The notes under the pieces are model-generated. The model searched no databases. It was given only the letters and a program-made list of their open reading frames with translations, and was not told the DNA's origin. A stretch of DNA of 34,480 bases from Spirogloea muscicola (taxonomy: Eukaryota): NCBI GenBank assembly GCA_009602725.1, contig WELB01000001.1, forward strand, positions 537,494-571,973, in the 5' to 3' direction. A program made the position numbers and the translations under genes. The first letter of the stretch is position 1; every line of letters begins with the position of its first letter. Positions 1 through 10,525 of this stretch are shown here, one piece after another.

Positions 1-349
1 CGACAGGGCTTACTGATTGGCTGTGCATAGCGGTTTCTGTGTTGCTGCGGAATCTGCCAATTCATAGTTGTGGCTTCCCTCTAGACCTCGTCCTATTGTA
101 TGCCTGGGCTTGCCGATCACAGCCATCGTCTCTACTGGAAAACGTTTTCAGTCTTTGATTGCTCAGCTTCAGTAGCCACCGCCTCCTTGAGTACTACTTC
201 CTCTCTTGCCTGTATGGCTGCATCTTTAGCAGCCTCGCTGCCTTACGAGCACTGGAGAAAGCGTCAGCACCCGCCTGCCAGCGAGAGCACTCTCTCTCTC
301 CCTACTCTTCGTCAGTCCCTCAGACTTGTATAACTTTCCGACCACTCCG

Positions 350-670
350 GCAGGCGAAGTACGCATGTAAGCTGGTGAGGATGGATGTCTTCCCTTTCTA
401 TTGATATCCACGTGGCCTTTGAGCTCAGTGGCTTAATCTATCACCAGCTTGCGCGATGCACGATGATCAGTGGCAAGAAAAGCAGGCTGGCAGCAACGCC
501 GCCGGCTTAGGCTCTCTGGCTTCTCTGAAACCTGCGGCGTTCTCTGGCTTACGCCTTGTATCTGCATGCTGGCCGTGCCCTGGCTGCTGCCTCGGGCGAT
601 CGGCAGAGAGATTGCTACCCAGCTGCTTGTGTATCTTGACTGCGGCTGCTAATCAAGGGGTTACTGAGAG
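350..670 (+). mobile_element. Degenerate 3' fragment of an RLE-type (CRE-like) non-LTR retrotransposon ORF
   Basis: Frameshifted translation gives AKYA (~355), an IDIH-like segment (~400), WQQRRRLRLS (~490) and LRRSLAYALYLHAGRALAAASGDRQRDCYPAA (532-627). This aligns with the open fragment at 19816-20046 (WAQVYRMRLSVSLQRSMAHALHLRAGRALAAASGFRQGDSLPAA). The relic may extend to both sides. Confidence 0.6.
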
Positions 671-1189
671 GCCGTCCTCAGTGATTGCTTGTTACCCTGC
701 GTGCTGTGCTGCCGTCTCCATTGAGATTTGTTATTGTGGGCTGGCGCTTCGCGGCCCTTGGCCCCTTTTAAGAGAGCTGCTTCTCCGGCACTGCCCTCTT
801 CAAACGAGCTGTTCTCTGTCCTTCATTGAGTGCTCTTCCCCTCTCCAATAATTAGGCTGCTGCATATTCACTGCTGTTGTGGAAGGTGCTTCTTGTTGGG
901 GATGTTGAGGAAACTCTCGTATCCGAACAAAGGCTGAGAATGCACGGCTAAGCGTGTACCAGCACACCCAAATACAAGTACGTGGACTATGAGTTGGCTC
1001 ACCCGCATCACAAGATCAGCTGCTAGGAGCCACCTACATAAAGGTGGGCTTGTGGGCTTGCATCCACCTCTGCGAAGAAAATTTCGTGTATTCGAAACAA
1101 ACATAGGCCAATGGCCAAGTACAAAGGCAAGCAAGCACATCTAAATATCTACATAACCTACAGCAGGTTGACCCGCTCAAAATCCACGG

Positions 1190-1480
1190 GTCCAAAACAT
1201 AAAGGTCGCTAACCGATGCATGAATACTAGATGTCAGGTACGAAGCCCTTCTGTCACCAACTAGAGCTCGCCCAGCTTTCTGATGCAAGGCATTAGCCTG
1301 AGCTCGCTGCAAACAGGCCGAAACTCGACGTCGCAAGAACGACAAATATGCAGCTGGCAAGCCCATTTCAGCCGGAAACACATCTGCACGTCGTGTGTAG
1401 CCTAGATTGGCAATGTTTTGGAGGAGGGTGTGAAATCGAGGACCCAGACAGCCATAGATGTCGATTGCCGCTGGCAGGAG
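1190..1480 (-). mobile_element. 3' fragment of an RLE-type (CRE-like) non-LTR retrotransposon ORF, second subfamily
   Basis: ORF 1034..1537(-) contains LLPAAIDIYGCLGP...LRRRVSACLQRAQANALHQKAGRAL...ASVSDLYVL. This fits the P-x-x-x-[DE]-x-x-G-x-x-G ... R-x-S-x-x-LQR-x-x-A pattern at the C-terminus of restriction-like endonuclease retrotransposon proteins. No RT domain is visible. Confidence 0.65.
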
Positions 1481-2084
1481 CTGGTCGCATCTGCGAGGTA
1501 CCCTCAGCATACCTGGCCAATATCCAGGGACCACCATACAGAAGCACCAACTCGTGGATGACCGGACCTAGTGATTGCTTGCGCATGCCTATAAGTTCTA
1601 TTTGCTCTGTATGCTATCACCTTCGCTTCATTGTGCTCTATGACTTCTGACCCTTGTTATGTTCAGTGTGGACCTGCAAGTGCAAGTCTATGCCTTGAAC
1701 AATCACAACATCAATCATGGCAACATGTTTGCAGCATGTAGACTGTGCTTCTGCAAGGCTCATGCCTTGGCAAGTCAATAGTCATCAGTTGACCAAGTGC
1801 GCAGTTTGTTTCAAGCATACTGAAACCAACTTCGATATACAGAAGACAATTCTCACCCAAGTCTTTCAGAGACAAGTGAGATATAGTGCAGGTGTGAATC
1901 AAACTGCAAAAGTAGCGACTACAGTACGAAAACTGCCCAACTACAGTACGACAACTGCCCAACGTCCTGGCCTTGCACACATTGTCCTGGCCTTGCTCAT
2001 CAGTGCCTCAGCAAATCTAGCTAAGAAAGACGACAGCAAATTACACTAAATATTCAGATAGTCCTGCCAAAAGTTTCCTAGTTC

Positions 2085-2826
2085 CTAGTGACCACGGAAA
2101 CGACCAAAGAAGCCACCCCTGCGGCCACCTCCATGCGTTCCATTCAAAGTCTTGTTGCCGGTAGTGCAGTTCGAGTTGAGAGTGTGGTTGTGTCCGAGAG
2201 TGTGATTGTATCCAACAGTGTGATTGTGGATAGTATGGTTGTGAGCAGTTTCATTGAACTTGGTGCCATTGTGTGTGCCGTTGTGGTGGAAAAGATGACC
2301 ATGGTCTCTGCCTGGTCCATGCAACAAAAAACAAGTCCGCTGCTTAAGATCTGCAACCTCAAAACCAAGCTGCAACAAGAGAAGCAGCAGTAGCTGCAAT
2401 GTATGTAGCAGAAATCTGCTTTACAACAGGCAGGTTACTTACCATGAAGCATGCGACCTTCTACAGCAGCGTCCACTGCGCTGCCTTGACCTGCGACCGA
2501 TCAAATGAAGCAAGTCAGTTGACCACAGATGAAGCTGGTGTCGGACTGATGACGCACCCCTGAACTAGCATGGACAAACTCTTGGGACATCTCATCTACC
2601 TGTGCGCAGGACCTCAGATGCATATCTTCCCTAGACCTGTAAGAGATGGTTCACAAGTTGCCTTATGCTCTTGTCTTGGAGCTCAGGCATCTCCTATTCT
2701 GTCCTTAATGATGGCAGAACCCCCAGGCTTGCCATTCAGGCCTCGATGACCAAACTCACCAAGGAGTAGCACAAATGCCACAACAAGAGCAGCCAGAAGC
2801 CCCATAAGATTGATTTGACTCGCCAT
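2085..2826 (-). CDS. Small secreted His-rich protein with repeated N-x-T sequons (~113 aa, 3 coding exons)
   Basis: Exons 2826-2760 (MASQINLMGLLAALVVAFVLLL, signal-peptide-like, donor GTGAGT), 2490-2443 (donor GTAAGT) and 2311-2085 (alternative in-phase acceptor at 2350). All phases are compatible. A probable 5'UTR intron at ~2840-3138 leads to the GC island. Confidence 0.75.
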
Positions 2827-3139
2827 CTCTTCTGAAGATCTGCAAGTCAATCATGGCGCTGCCAAAATGTTCAGTACTTATGGCCCATGCGGCCTCCCAG
2901 CTAATTAAGCCTCATAAGAGAGCTTCGAAGGTGAACCATGGGCACACAATTTCCAGATCCACAGCAACGACATTGGTCATTACTGCGACAAGCATGCCAG
3001 TAAGTGTCAAAGTTCATATCAATGTCCACTGTTTGGGTGCAAGTCTGTGGTGGCAGAGAGTGCTATGCAATAAACAGAGGCTGATGCGTGACAGAGCCAG
3101 CCATGACTGGGGTCTGCGGCAGCCTTCCGTGTGCTCACC

Positions 3140-3600
3140 TGGGCGGCGGGGAGTTGCTCAGCCTGGGCAGCCGGCGGGGCGGGGCGAGGGAGGGCTGGGA
3201 ATGGGAAGCGGCTGAGGGGGGGCTGTGGCTTTAGGAGCGGCGGCAGCAAGGGACGGTGAGACCGACAATGGCTGCACCGGGGCCGGTCTCGAGCGGTGAG
3301 GCGGTCAACGGCCGCGGCGCAGAATTCGGCCGCGCGGCGGGCGGCCGGATCTGGGGATGCGCTGGAGCCGCATCCGGAGATACGGGGCGGCCGATGTGGC
3401 TCCGGTCTTGGCCGCCAGTCTCCGTTTTCGCGGCAACCGCGGATTTGGCAAACGTGCCCCCGGGCGCAAGGAAGCCGCGCTGGCGCAGCAACTGACCCGG
3501 AGTTCCAGTTTCGCATCATTCCCGTCCGCGGCGGGCGGGCGGCCCCGTCGGGAGGCCCGCTTGATCCGCGGGCGCGCCAACTTCGCCAGGGTCGATCGGT
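3140..3600. promoter_or_regulatory. GC/CpG-rich island at the 5' end of the minus-strand secreted-protein gene
   Basis: Abrupt rise in GC and CpG density, with a minus-strand donor CAG|GTGAGC at ~3138. Confidence 0.6.
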
Positions 3601-3660
3601 AAGAGTTGGAAGACCCGGTACAGCTGGCTTTCCCCGTCGGAAAAGCTGCACCTTCTTGAA

Positions 3661-5480
3661 GAAAGGGCTCGCCCATTGAGGATAGGGGCTGGACAAGCCA
3701 GCCCAAAAAAGAATGAACAAAGAACGAGAAGGGGGCCAGAGGAAGCCAGAGGAAGCGCTAAGAAACCAAAGCACACAAAGAAAGAAAGCAGCTACAAATT
3801 ACTCAGTAACCCCTGCTAAGCAGCCGCAAATCAGAGAGGCTAGGGTCCTGGAAGTGGGTCCCCTGGACAGAGCCAGAGGCAGCAGCGAGGGCTCTCCCGG
3901 CACGAAGGTGCAGCGCACGGGCCATGGACCTCTAAGAAAGGGACTGCCAATTTTAAAAGCGTGGCTATTAAGAGATGGCTCTCCCAATGGGGGCAAGGGC
4001 TGTGAACAGCCAGCCCGAGAAGAATTTGCAAGGTTCAAAGGGCCAAAAGAGCTGTCTCGACACCGGGTTAAACTGCTGGAAAAGCCAGCCAAGTGTATAC
4101 AGAGCTCAGCTCTCGTCCCCCTGGAAGAGCTTATTAGTTATTATTTGCTTAGTACGTAACTTCTTCTTACTACACGATCCTTGCTTAGTGGTGTCCACCA
4201 GCGCTTTTCGGCCCCTTCGAACCTTGTCAATTCTTGTTGGGCTGGCTGTTCAGAGCGACGTCTTTCCTTCCTCTAGCTATCTCGATTTGCACTTGCGGAC
4301 TCGCGGTAACTAGAGCCTACTTGCTGACGCTTAGAGATTAGTCTCTAGCTTTTTGCGCTATCCGGCCCTTACAGACCTTGTCCATTCCTCTTTTGGGCTG
4401 GACTTTCCCTTTTAGGACCCTCCGTCATTTGACCCCTTCGAACCTTTGTCAATTCTTTTCGGGCTGGCTTTTGACAGTCCTTGCCCCCATTTGGACAGCC
4501 ACTTCTCTCACAGCCACTGCTGTCTATTCGGAAGCGCTGTTCTTTTGTTCGCAGCCCTCGCCCCCTTTGGGACAGCCACCTCTTTTCTTTCATGCCTGAA
4601 CAATGTATTGGCTTGAATTGGCCTCGCTTCAAGTTCATGCGCACCGCGCGCCTTCTCTCTCTCTCTCCCGCAATGGTGCAACGGCTGTGAAAACTAATGG
4701 ACAAGGACAAGGTCCGAAGGAGGCCGGAAAGCGCTAAATTACACAGTCACGCAAGTGGCTGCTAGGAACGGGGCTTATTGATTTTAGCTGCCGCAAGTCA
4801 GTAAGGTCTTCCAATTGTGCATTCATGTTTTTCTGGGCTGGCCACTCACAGCCATCGCCCTTTACTGGCTTTTCCAGCCCCTATCCTCAATGGGCGAACC
4901 CCTCCTCTTTACTGGAAGAGACTCTCTCTTCCAACTCTCCCAACCGTCCTCTGCCGCTCTGCACTTAGTCCCCTGCTTTCTGCGCCATTCGGCTCCTCTT
5001 GACCTTATTCCTTTTGGGCTGGCTTCTCCCAGCCACCAGTCAATTCGGCCGCGCTTTTCTCTTTTCTCTGCTCGAGGAGGCGACAGAATATGGGGAGGCT
5101 GTGGAAAGAAGCAGCTTTGAAATGGTGATAGCTCTTCCTAGAAGAGCCAAGCGCGGCCAGATTGACTGGTGGCTGGGAGAGTCCAGCCCAAAGGAATGGA
5201 CAAGGTCTGAAGAAGCCGGAGTGCTAAGGACTAAGACATCAGCAACGAAGAGGCAGTGGCTGCGAGACCAGCCCAGAAGAGAATGGACAAGGTCAATAGA
5301 AAGAAAAGCTGTTCTCCCAAAAGAGGCAGTGCTTTCAAGCGTCCTTCTTTTGACCGGGGGAGAGCTGTAGAAAGCCAGCCCAAAAAGAATCAACAAGCTC
5401 CGAAGGAGCTGGATGTTCTTGAAGGCCACTAAGGGTGCCTGCTTAGTTACCCCCGGTCAGCAGCCACAAGTCGGAGAAAG
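3661..5480. repeat. Cluster of about 11 degenerate copies of the GGGCTG-N6-8-CAGCC element in both orientations
   Basis: Minus copies at ~3661-3740, 3971-4053, 4695-4737 (partial), 5149-5228, 5255-5295 and 5363-5412. Plus copies have GGGCTG at 4239, 4395, 4461, 4835 and 5016. Confidence 0.85.
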
Positions 5481-7151
5481 TACCAGCAGGAATAAACCGC
5501 TCCTTCAAAGTTAGGCGATGATTGAAAGAGGCCACTCCGTAGTAATGAACGAGGTCCAAACGGGCCGGACGGAATAGATCTGGCAACAACCTTATTATCA
5601 GAGCCCTATCAACCATGAGACTGAATTGAACTGTCTTTGCCTTCAGCCTCTAGTGCACTAGTAATTTATCGAAGAGCGTAAAAGGCCTCCCAATGATTGG
5701 CAGAAAGCTTCAGGGTCTTCAATCTTAGCATCTGACTTTTCAATTCACGCATGAGTGCTTCACAGTTTTGACAGTATAGGTTTGCTCTGATGGAACCTGG
5801 TCATGAAGGTGACATCTGTATGGACCACTTGATTCATGAAGGAATTTTCCTTGTAAAAATTTGTAAGACCTTCCCACATTGCTAACTTCATGGCTTGACA
5901 TACACAGTTGACAACTACAATCGAATCATACATGCTGACTATTCCTAGACCATGTATTGAATGAAGAATATTCAGCGACTGCTTTTCTTCCAAGACCATC
6001 TTCAATCCTGGACATGTGTTCGTTGCTGTAATGTTCAGTCACTCTCAACGTCTCGAGAAAATCACCACCAACATCCATGACAATCCCTCTCTAGCCGCAA
6101 TCATCACCAGAATCTCGTCAGATACTCTGGTCTTGGAATCAGAGTTCAACTATGTATATACAGGATACATACTACTCCAGGTTATGATTCTGGGAATCTT
6201 TCAGCTGCCAAACATACTGTTTTCAAGAACGAAGGAGTCAGAGAATAAAGGCCACTGAGTCTGGGTCAAATCCATGTGCGTAATACATACATAGCCCAGC
6301 TTTGTGGGATAGTCTTACCGCTAGCTATGAGCAACACTATCATGTGTCCAAGATGAATTGATCAAAAGCCAATCAAGATGCACCCACTCCTGCCAGTGCT
6401 GGCCGGTCTCTGCAGCCAAGTGTTGTTAAGCCTAAACCCAAATCATAAGTCGAGGCATCGGCATAAGTGACATATAATAAGCGAAGTACTAGGCTCTGAC
6501 ATGAAAGTGCCGGTTCATCAGTTGCATGCAGCCAAAAACCTGCAAACTTTTGTAAAGCATGTGCAGTAAGAACAAGTAACCTCTCGGCTAGCCAGTCAAA
6601 GAGATTGTGAGGAGCTCGGCATGTGGATATTCTTATGAAGAGGAGTAGGTGACATAGTATGATTGTAGTGCTACTGAGCAGTCATTGAACTCAAGCTTCC
6701 ACACACTCCCTTGCTTCAGTAGAGACTGCCTTGGATGGTCCTCAGAGCAGAAGCTGTAGCTCAGCACACATTGTATTGCACCTGCAGCCGGAGATGTGCT
6801 AAATAATGTAACAGTTACGCTGCGAGGCAGAAGCCAATGCCAAGATACCTGCAAATCTCTCAAGGCATGCCACTGGGGTGAAGCATCAGTACTTGTTCAA
6901 GCATCGTGGAGACCTGCTTATCCAGGCTCGACCTGATCGACCTGATGAGCCTGCAGTCTCTTGCCAACAGTGGCAGTCTCTGGCAGTGACTTCAATGATC
7001 GGTGCGGGCACACCTCGATTGCCCGTGCCAGAGCCTGTCGGCAGCTCTAAACGGCGGACCTGAGCCAGCCGTGCGTGAGGGCCCTTCGGATGGCGTCGAA
7101 GGCTGCCGTGGCAGCTATCTATGTGCTCTGCAGTGGCGACTCAAGCGTATA

Positions 7152-7179
7152 CATGCGCAGCTCCGAGGAGCTGCGCATG
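7152..7179. repeat. Perfect 13-bp inverted repeat with 2-nt spacer
   Basis: CATGCGCAGCTCC-GA-GGAGCTGCGCATG read directly from the sequence. Confidence 0.9.
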
Positions 7180-7189
7180 CTGCTGTCCT

Positions 7190-7560
7190 GCGGCAGCCCT
7201 CACCGCCGCCGCTGCAGCCCCAGCGCCGTCAGCCGAGCACCCCACGCCGCCACTGACGCATGGCCGAGTCCAGGCGGGCCTGCGGCCGGCAAGGTCCCCG
7301 CTGCCGGCGGCGGCGGCGATTCATCGCCGCTGCCGTCCACAGGCCAGCCCGGGCTGCGGCGTGCGAGGGGCCCAGAGAGAAGGCGCGCAGTGGAGGCGAG
7401 CGAGCTGCGAGCCTCGCGGGGCGCGCGACCTCGGCGGGTGGCCCCGAGGTGGCGAAGGCGGCGGCGCGGCGGAGCCTCGGGGCCCCGGGGCTCCGCCGGG
7501 GGAGGGCCATGGCGGCCGGCCCGAGCCTCGTCTGCGCCCGAACTCCCTCATCTCGGCCTC
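7190..7560. promoter_or_regulatory. GC/CpG-rich island upstream of the sulfotransferase gene
   Basis: Very high GC and CpG content, followed by a pyrimidine-rich 5'UTR-like tract before the ATG at 8106. Confidence 0.55.
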
Positions 7561-8105
7561 GCTCCGTCGCTCGCCATTCCACTTCCCTCCCCCTGTTCGT
7601 CCTCCTATTTCCTCAAAGAGATCTGTGCTTGGAAAGCAGGGCCCTGATGGGCGCGCCCTTTCCCCTGATGCACTGATGCATTGCCTGCGGCTCCGCAAAG
7701 TGGATAAAGATCGGAAAACCTCCATCCCGCAGTACATGCTCCACTTCTTGAGTACGCACTCGGCTGGCTTGCACAGCCTGATATCAGCAGCCGCTTCCCT
7801 TGTGAAGAGCCTCTTCTCTTTCTAGACTTCCCGACGAGGATCAGTTCCCTCTGTACTAATCCTCTCTGACCCTCTATCACTTAGTACACGCTCTTCGCCC
7901 CTCTCAGCACGATCACATCTTCCATTCGTTCTTGCAGGCCCCACCTGTATCCATATACACAGATGTGCCCCTTCCCATTCGGTCATCACGGTTGGTTATT
8001 ACTGCTTCTAGGCCCATCAGTATCGTACTGCAGCAGCCAGACGTGCCATCCAGCAGGACACCGAGCATCCTGACTCGCATGCACAACAACTAATTCTGCG
8101 GCATC

Positions 8106-10525
8106 ATGGGACGTACATGGAAGCACCAGAAGCTCGCCGATGGCCTGCATGGTGACAGGATGGGTAAGACAGGCAGACCGTCTTCGGCCAAACTGGTCAA
8201 GTACAAAGCACCCACTATGCTCCCAATGATAGTGTCGCTGTGGATCAATGCCGGCAAGATCTCACGCAGCTTGGGTGTGCATCCAAGGCGCTTCGACGCT
8301 GAGCGAGCACTTCTGCAGGTAGGTCATATACAGGAGATTTCTCGCCCATTTAACTCAATTTGTTGCAGCAGCCGCACACCAATGGAGCTCTGCTTGCAGC
8401 GGCACTGTTGATTAACAGACTGATCGTATTGGGCCTCTTGCCGGCTCTCTTGCATCACATCGTGATGCAGGCGTGCAAGGCCACTGGTCTTCAGGACTTT
8501 GGCGAGCCAGGCTTTATGGAGCCACTGCAAATACTACTGAAAGGCCTTGACGACGAGGCACAGCTGACTGCTTTTGGGAGGTCATTTGCTTGGGACATGC
8601 TACAACGCCTTCTCCAGGTGGTCATGTTCCCAACGCAGCTTAACTCATCCGCGCTCAACTGCAAAGTACAGGCGAGAGGAAGGTTGCAGCCCAAATCTAC
8701 CATGATCTATGCTCAGGATTAAATCGACATTGCTGAATTGCAGGGCAGGCTGCATCTGGTGGACATCATGGGCCGCCACCCCGAAATTGATGAGGAGACT
8801 CTAGAGGTAGTATTTCCTGACCTTCGCAAGCATTGGAGACTGCCTCAGACTGCCCCGGAGCCTGCCCAGCTTGTTTGGATCAGTGATTGCCAGGTTTCTG
8901 TGCATTGTAAAATGGCAGGAGCCATTGTTTGTGGTGGGCCTGCCAAGAACAGGCACGACCCTGCTTCACCACCTCCTAGCCCAGGACACGAGTAGCCGCT
9001 CTCCTGCCACCTGGGAGGTCCACTACATCTACCCACCACCTGATGCAGCCACGTACACAATAGACCCCCGCATTGCGCGTATGGAGGAAACATTGGCCAT
9101 GCTTGACGCTCTGCTGCCCACTTTCAAGCGAATCCACCACGTGACAGGTAAGCCGCAGCTTGGAGCAGTAGCCTCATCTCGTTCAAGCCAAGCTGTGTCT
9201 CTCATTCAGGAAGCAGCCATGCAGAATTAGCTCATTCGTGCTGCTTGCGGGGTTCGCGACAGCACAATCGCCACAAGAGTGCATGGGCTTCATGATGTAC
9301 GACTTCGCCTCCTTTGCCTTCCCCGGTGTTCATTTCGATCTCCCAACCTATTGGACGTGGTACGAGGGGGCAGACCTTTACCCAACATATAAGTTCATGC
9401 GCTGGCAACTCAAGTATCTTCAGGTGAGCTGCAGCCATCTCACATTGCTGCACTTCCTGGTACTCTTTTACTGGATATCACATGCTGAATCGCTGAATAA
9501 TCTCCTCTGCCTACCGGGTCAGTGGAGAGGGCCCAAGGGCCAGCGTTGGGTCCTCAAGTGCCCAGCTCACTTATGGAGCATGAAGTACCTCATCAAGGTA
9601 CATACACGCATATGCCAGTTACGCAGCATATGTACAATCTAGCGTTAGAATACAGATATCCGAGCATGTCTGACAGGGTAAGATGCACCTGTGGTTCGTA
9701 TGACCTCCTAGAAGAATGTCTTGGCCAGTTGTGACCACAGCTCATTATCGGCAATGGTCAGGCATTCCCGGATGCTCGCTTCATCTTCACGCACAGAGAC
9801 CCGCTCAAAACGCTTGCATCAGCAGCAAGCCTCATAACAACATCCCAGCGACTTGTCTCGCAAAGGGTCAATATGTCAAAGGTACCAAGACCTATCCTTG
9901 ACCACCTTAACAAGCTGGAGTCTCAGCTTTGGAGCACGAGGATGCATCTGTTATGGTCCTTGCTATCGTGCTGTGCTATCAGGAGCGCCTCTGCTGCTAC
10001 TGACAGAGCGCATGAGATTCGTACAGAATGCAGCCGAATGGGCACCAAGATTTGCAACTGCCCTTGCAAGCTGCGAAGCAGCACGATATGCACATGGCCT
10101 GTGGGATCCCAAAAGAGCTGCTGATTTGCGCTTCGACGAACTGATAAGATCACCGGTGGAGAGCATGCAGACAATTTACAGTGGGTTCGGCTACAAGGTG
10201 GGCAAAAATAGACCGTGCTGTCCCAGAATATAGGGCATTTAGATTGTTGTCTCACAGAATTTGTGTGAGAGCCTCATCTGCCTTTGACCATGAAATGACT
10301 ATTACAGCCAGTATGCCCACCTTCAGAACACTGCATGGTTGCGTGATTGTGCAGATGACAGAGGCGCTGCAGGGTCGCATGAATACATTCCTCAGGGAAC
10401 AAGAGCGAGACAAGCACGGGGCTCACCAGTATAACTGGGCTGACACTGGACTGGATGAGGGACATGAGCGTAATCGCTTCTCCTCATACGAGCAAAGATT
10501 TGACATTCCAAGGGAGCTGCTATAG
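8106..10525 (+). CDS. PAPS-dependent sulfotransferase, bacterial-type (Sulfotransfer_3-like), ~449 aa, 9 exons
   Basis: Exons 8106-8318, 8471-8617, 8744-8806, 8919-9147, 9263-9423, 9523-9597, 9762-9881, 10027-10197 and 10355-10525, all GT-AG and in phase. Motifs: PLFVVGLPRTGTTLLHHLL (5'-PSB loop), RWVLKCPAHL, FPDARFIFTHRDP..TLAS (3'-PB), and N-terminal TGLQDFGEPGF. Confidence 0.9.

Noticed and set aside
680..1581. 12-bp direct repeat AGTGATTGCTTG (680 and 1570) as a possible TSD around the minus-strand retro relic
   Set aside because: No poly(A) or simple-repeat tail at the implied 3' end, and the element boundaries are undefined.
3661..5480. CRISPR-like or integron-like array reading of the hairpin repeats
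   Set aside because: Copies are degenerate, irregularly spaced and in mixed orientation. No cas, integrase or cassette ORFs are nearby, and the DNA is eukaryotic.
5592..5606. TTATTATCAGAGCCC resembling the tRNA-iMet primer-binding site TGGTATCAGAGC
   Set aside because: It lacks the TGG start, and I see no LTR pair or gag/pol downstream.
5660..6260. AT-richer minus-strand segment with protein-like translation broken by stops
   Set aside because: No recognisable family. It may be a decayed TE or pseudogene but I cannot support a call.
6400..7582. Minus-strand gene starting from the 7190-7560 island
   Set aside because: Some splice-like sites are present, but I could not build a coherent in-phase coding model.
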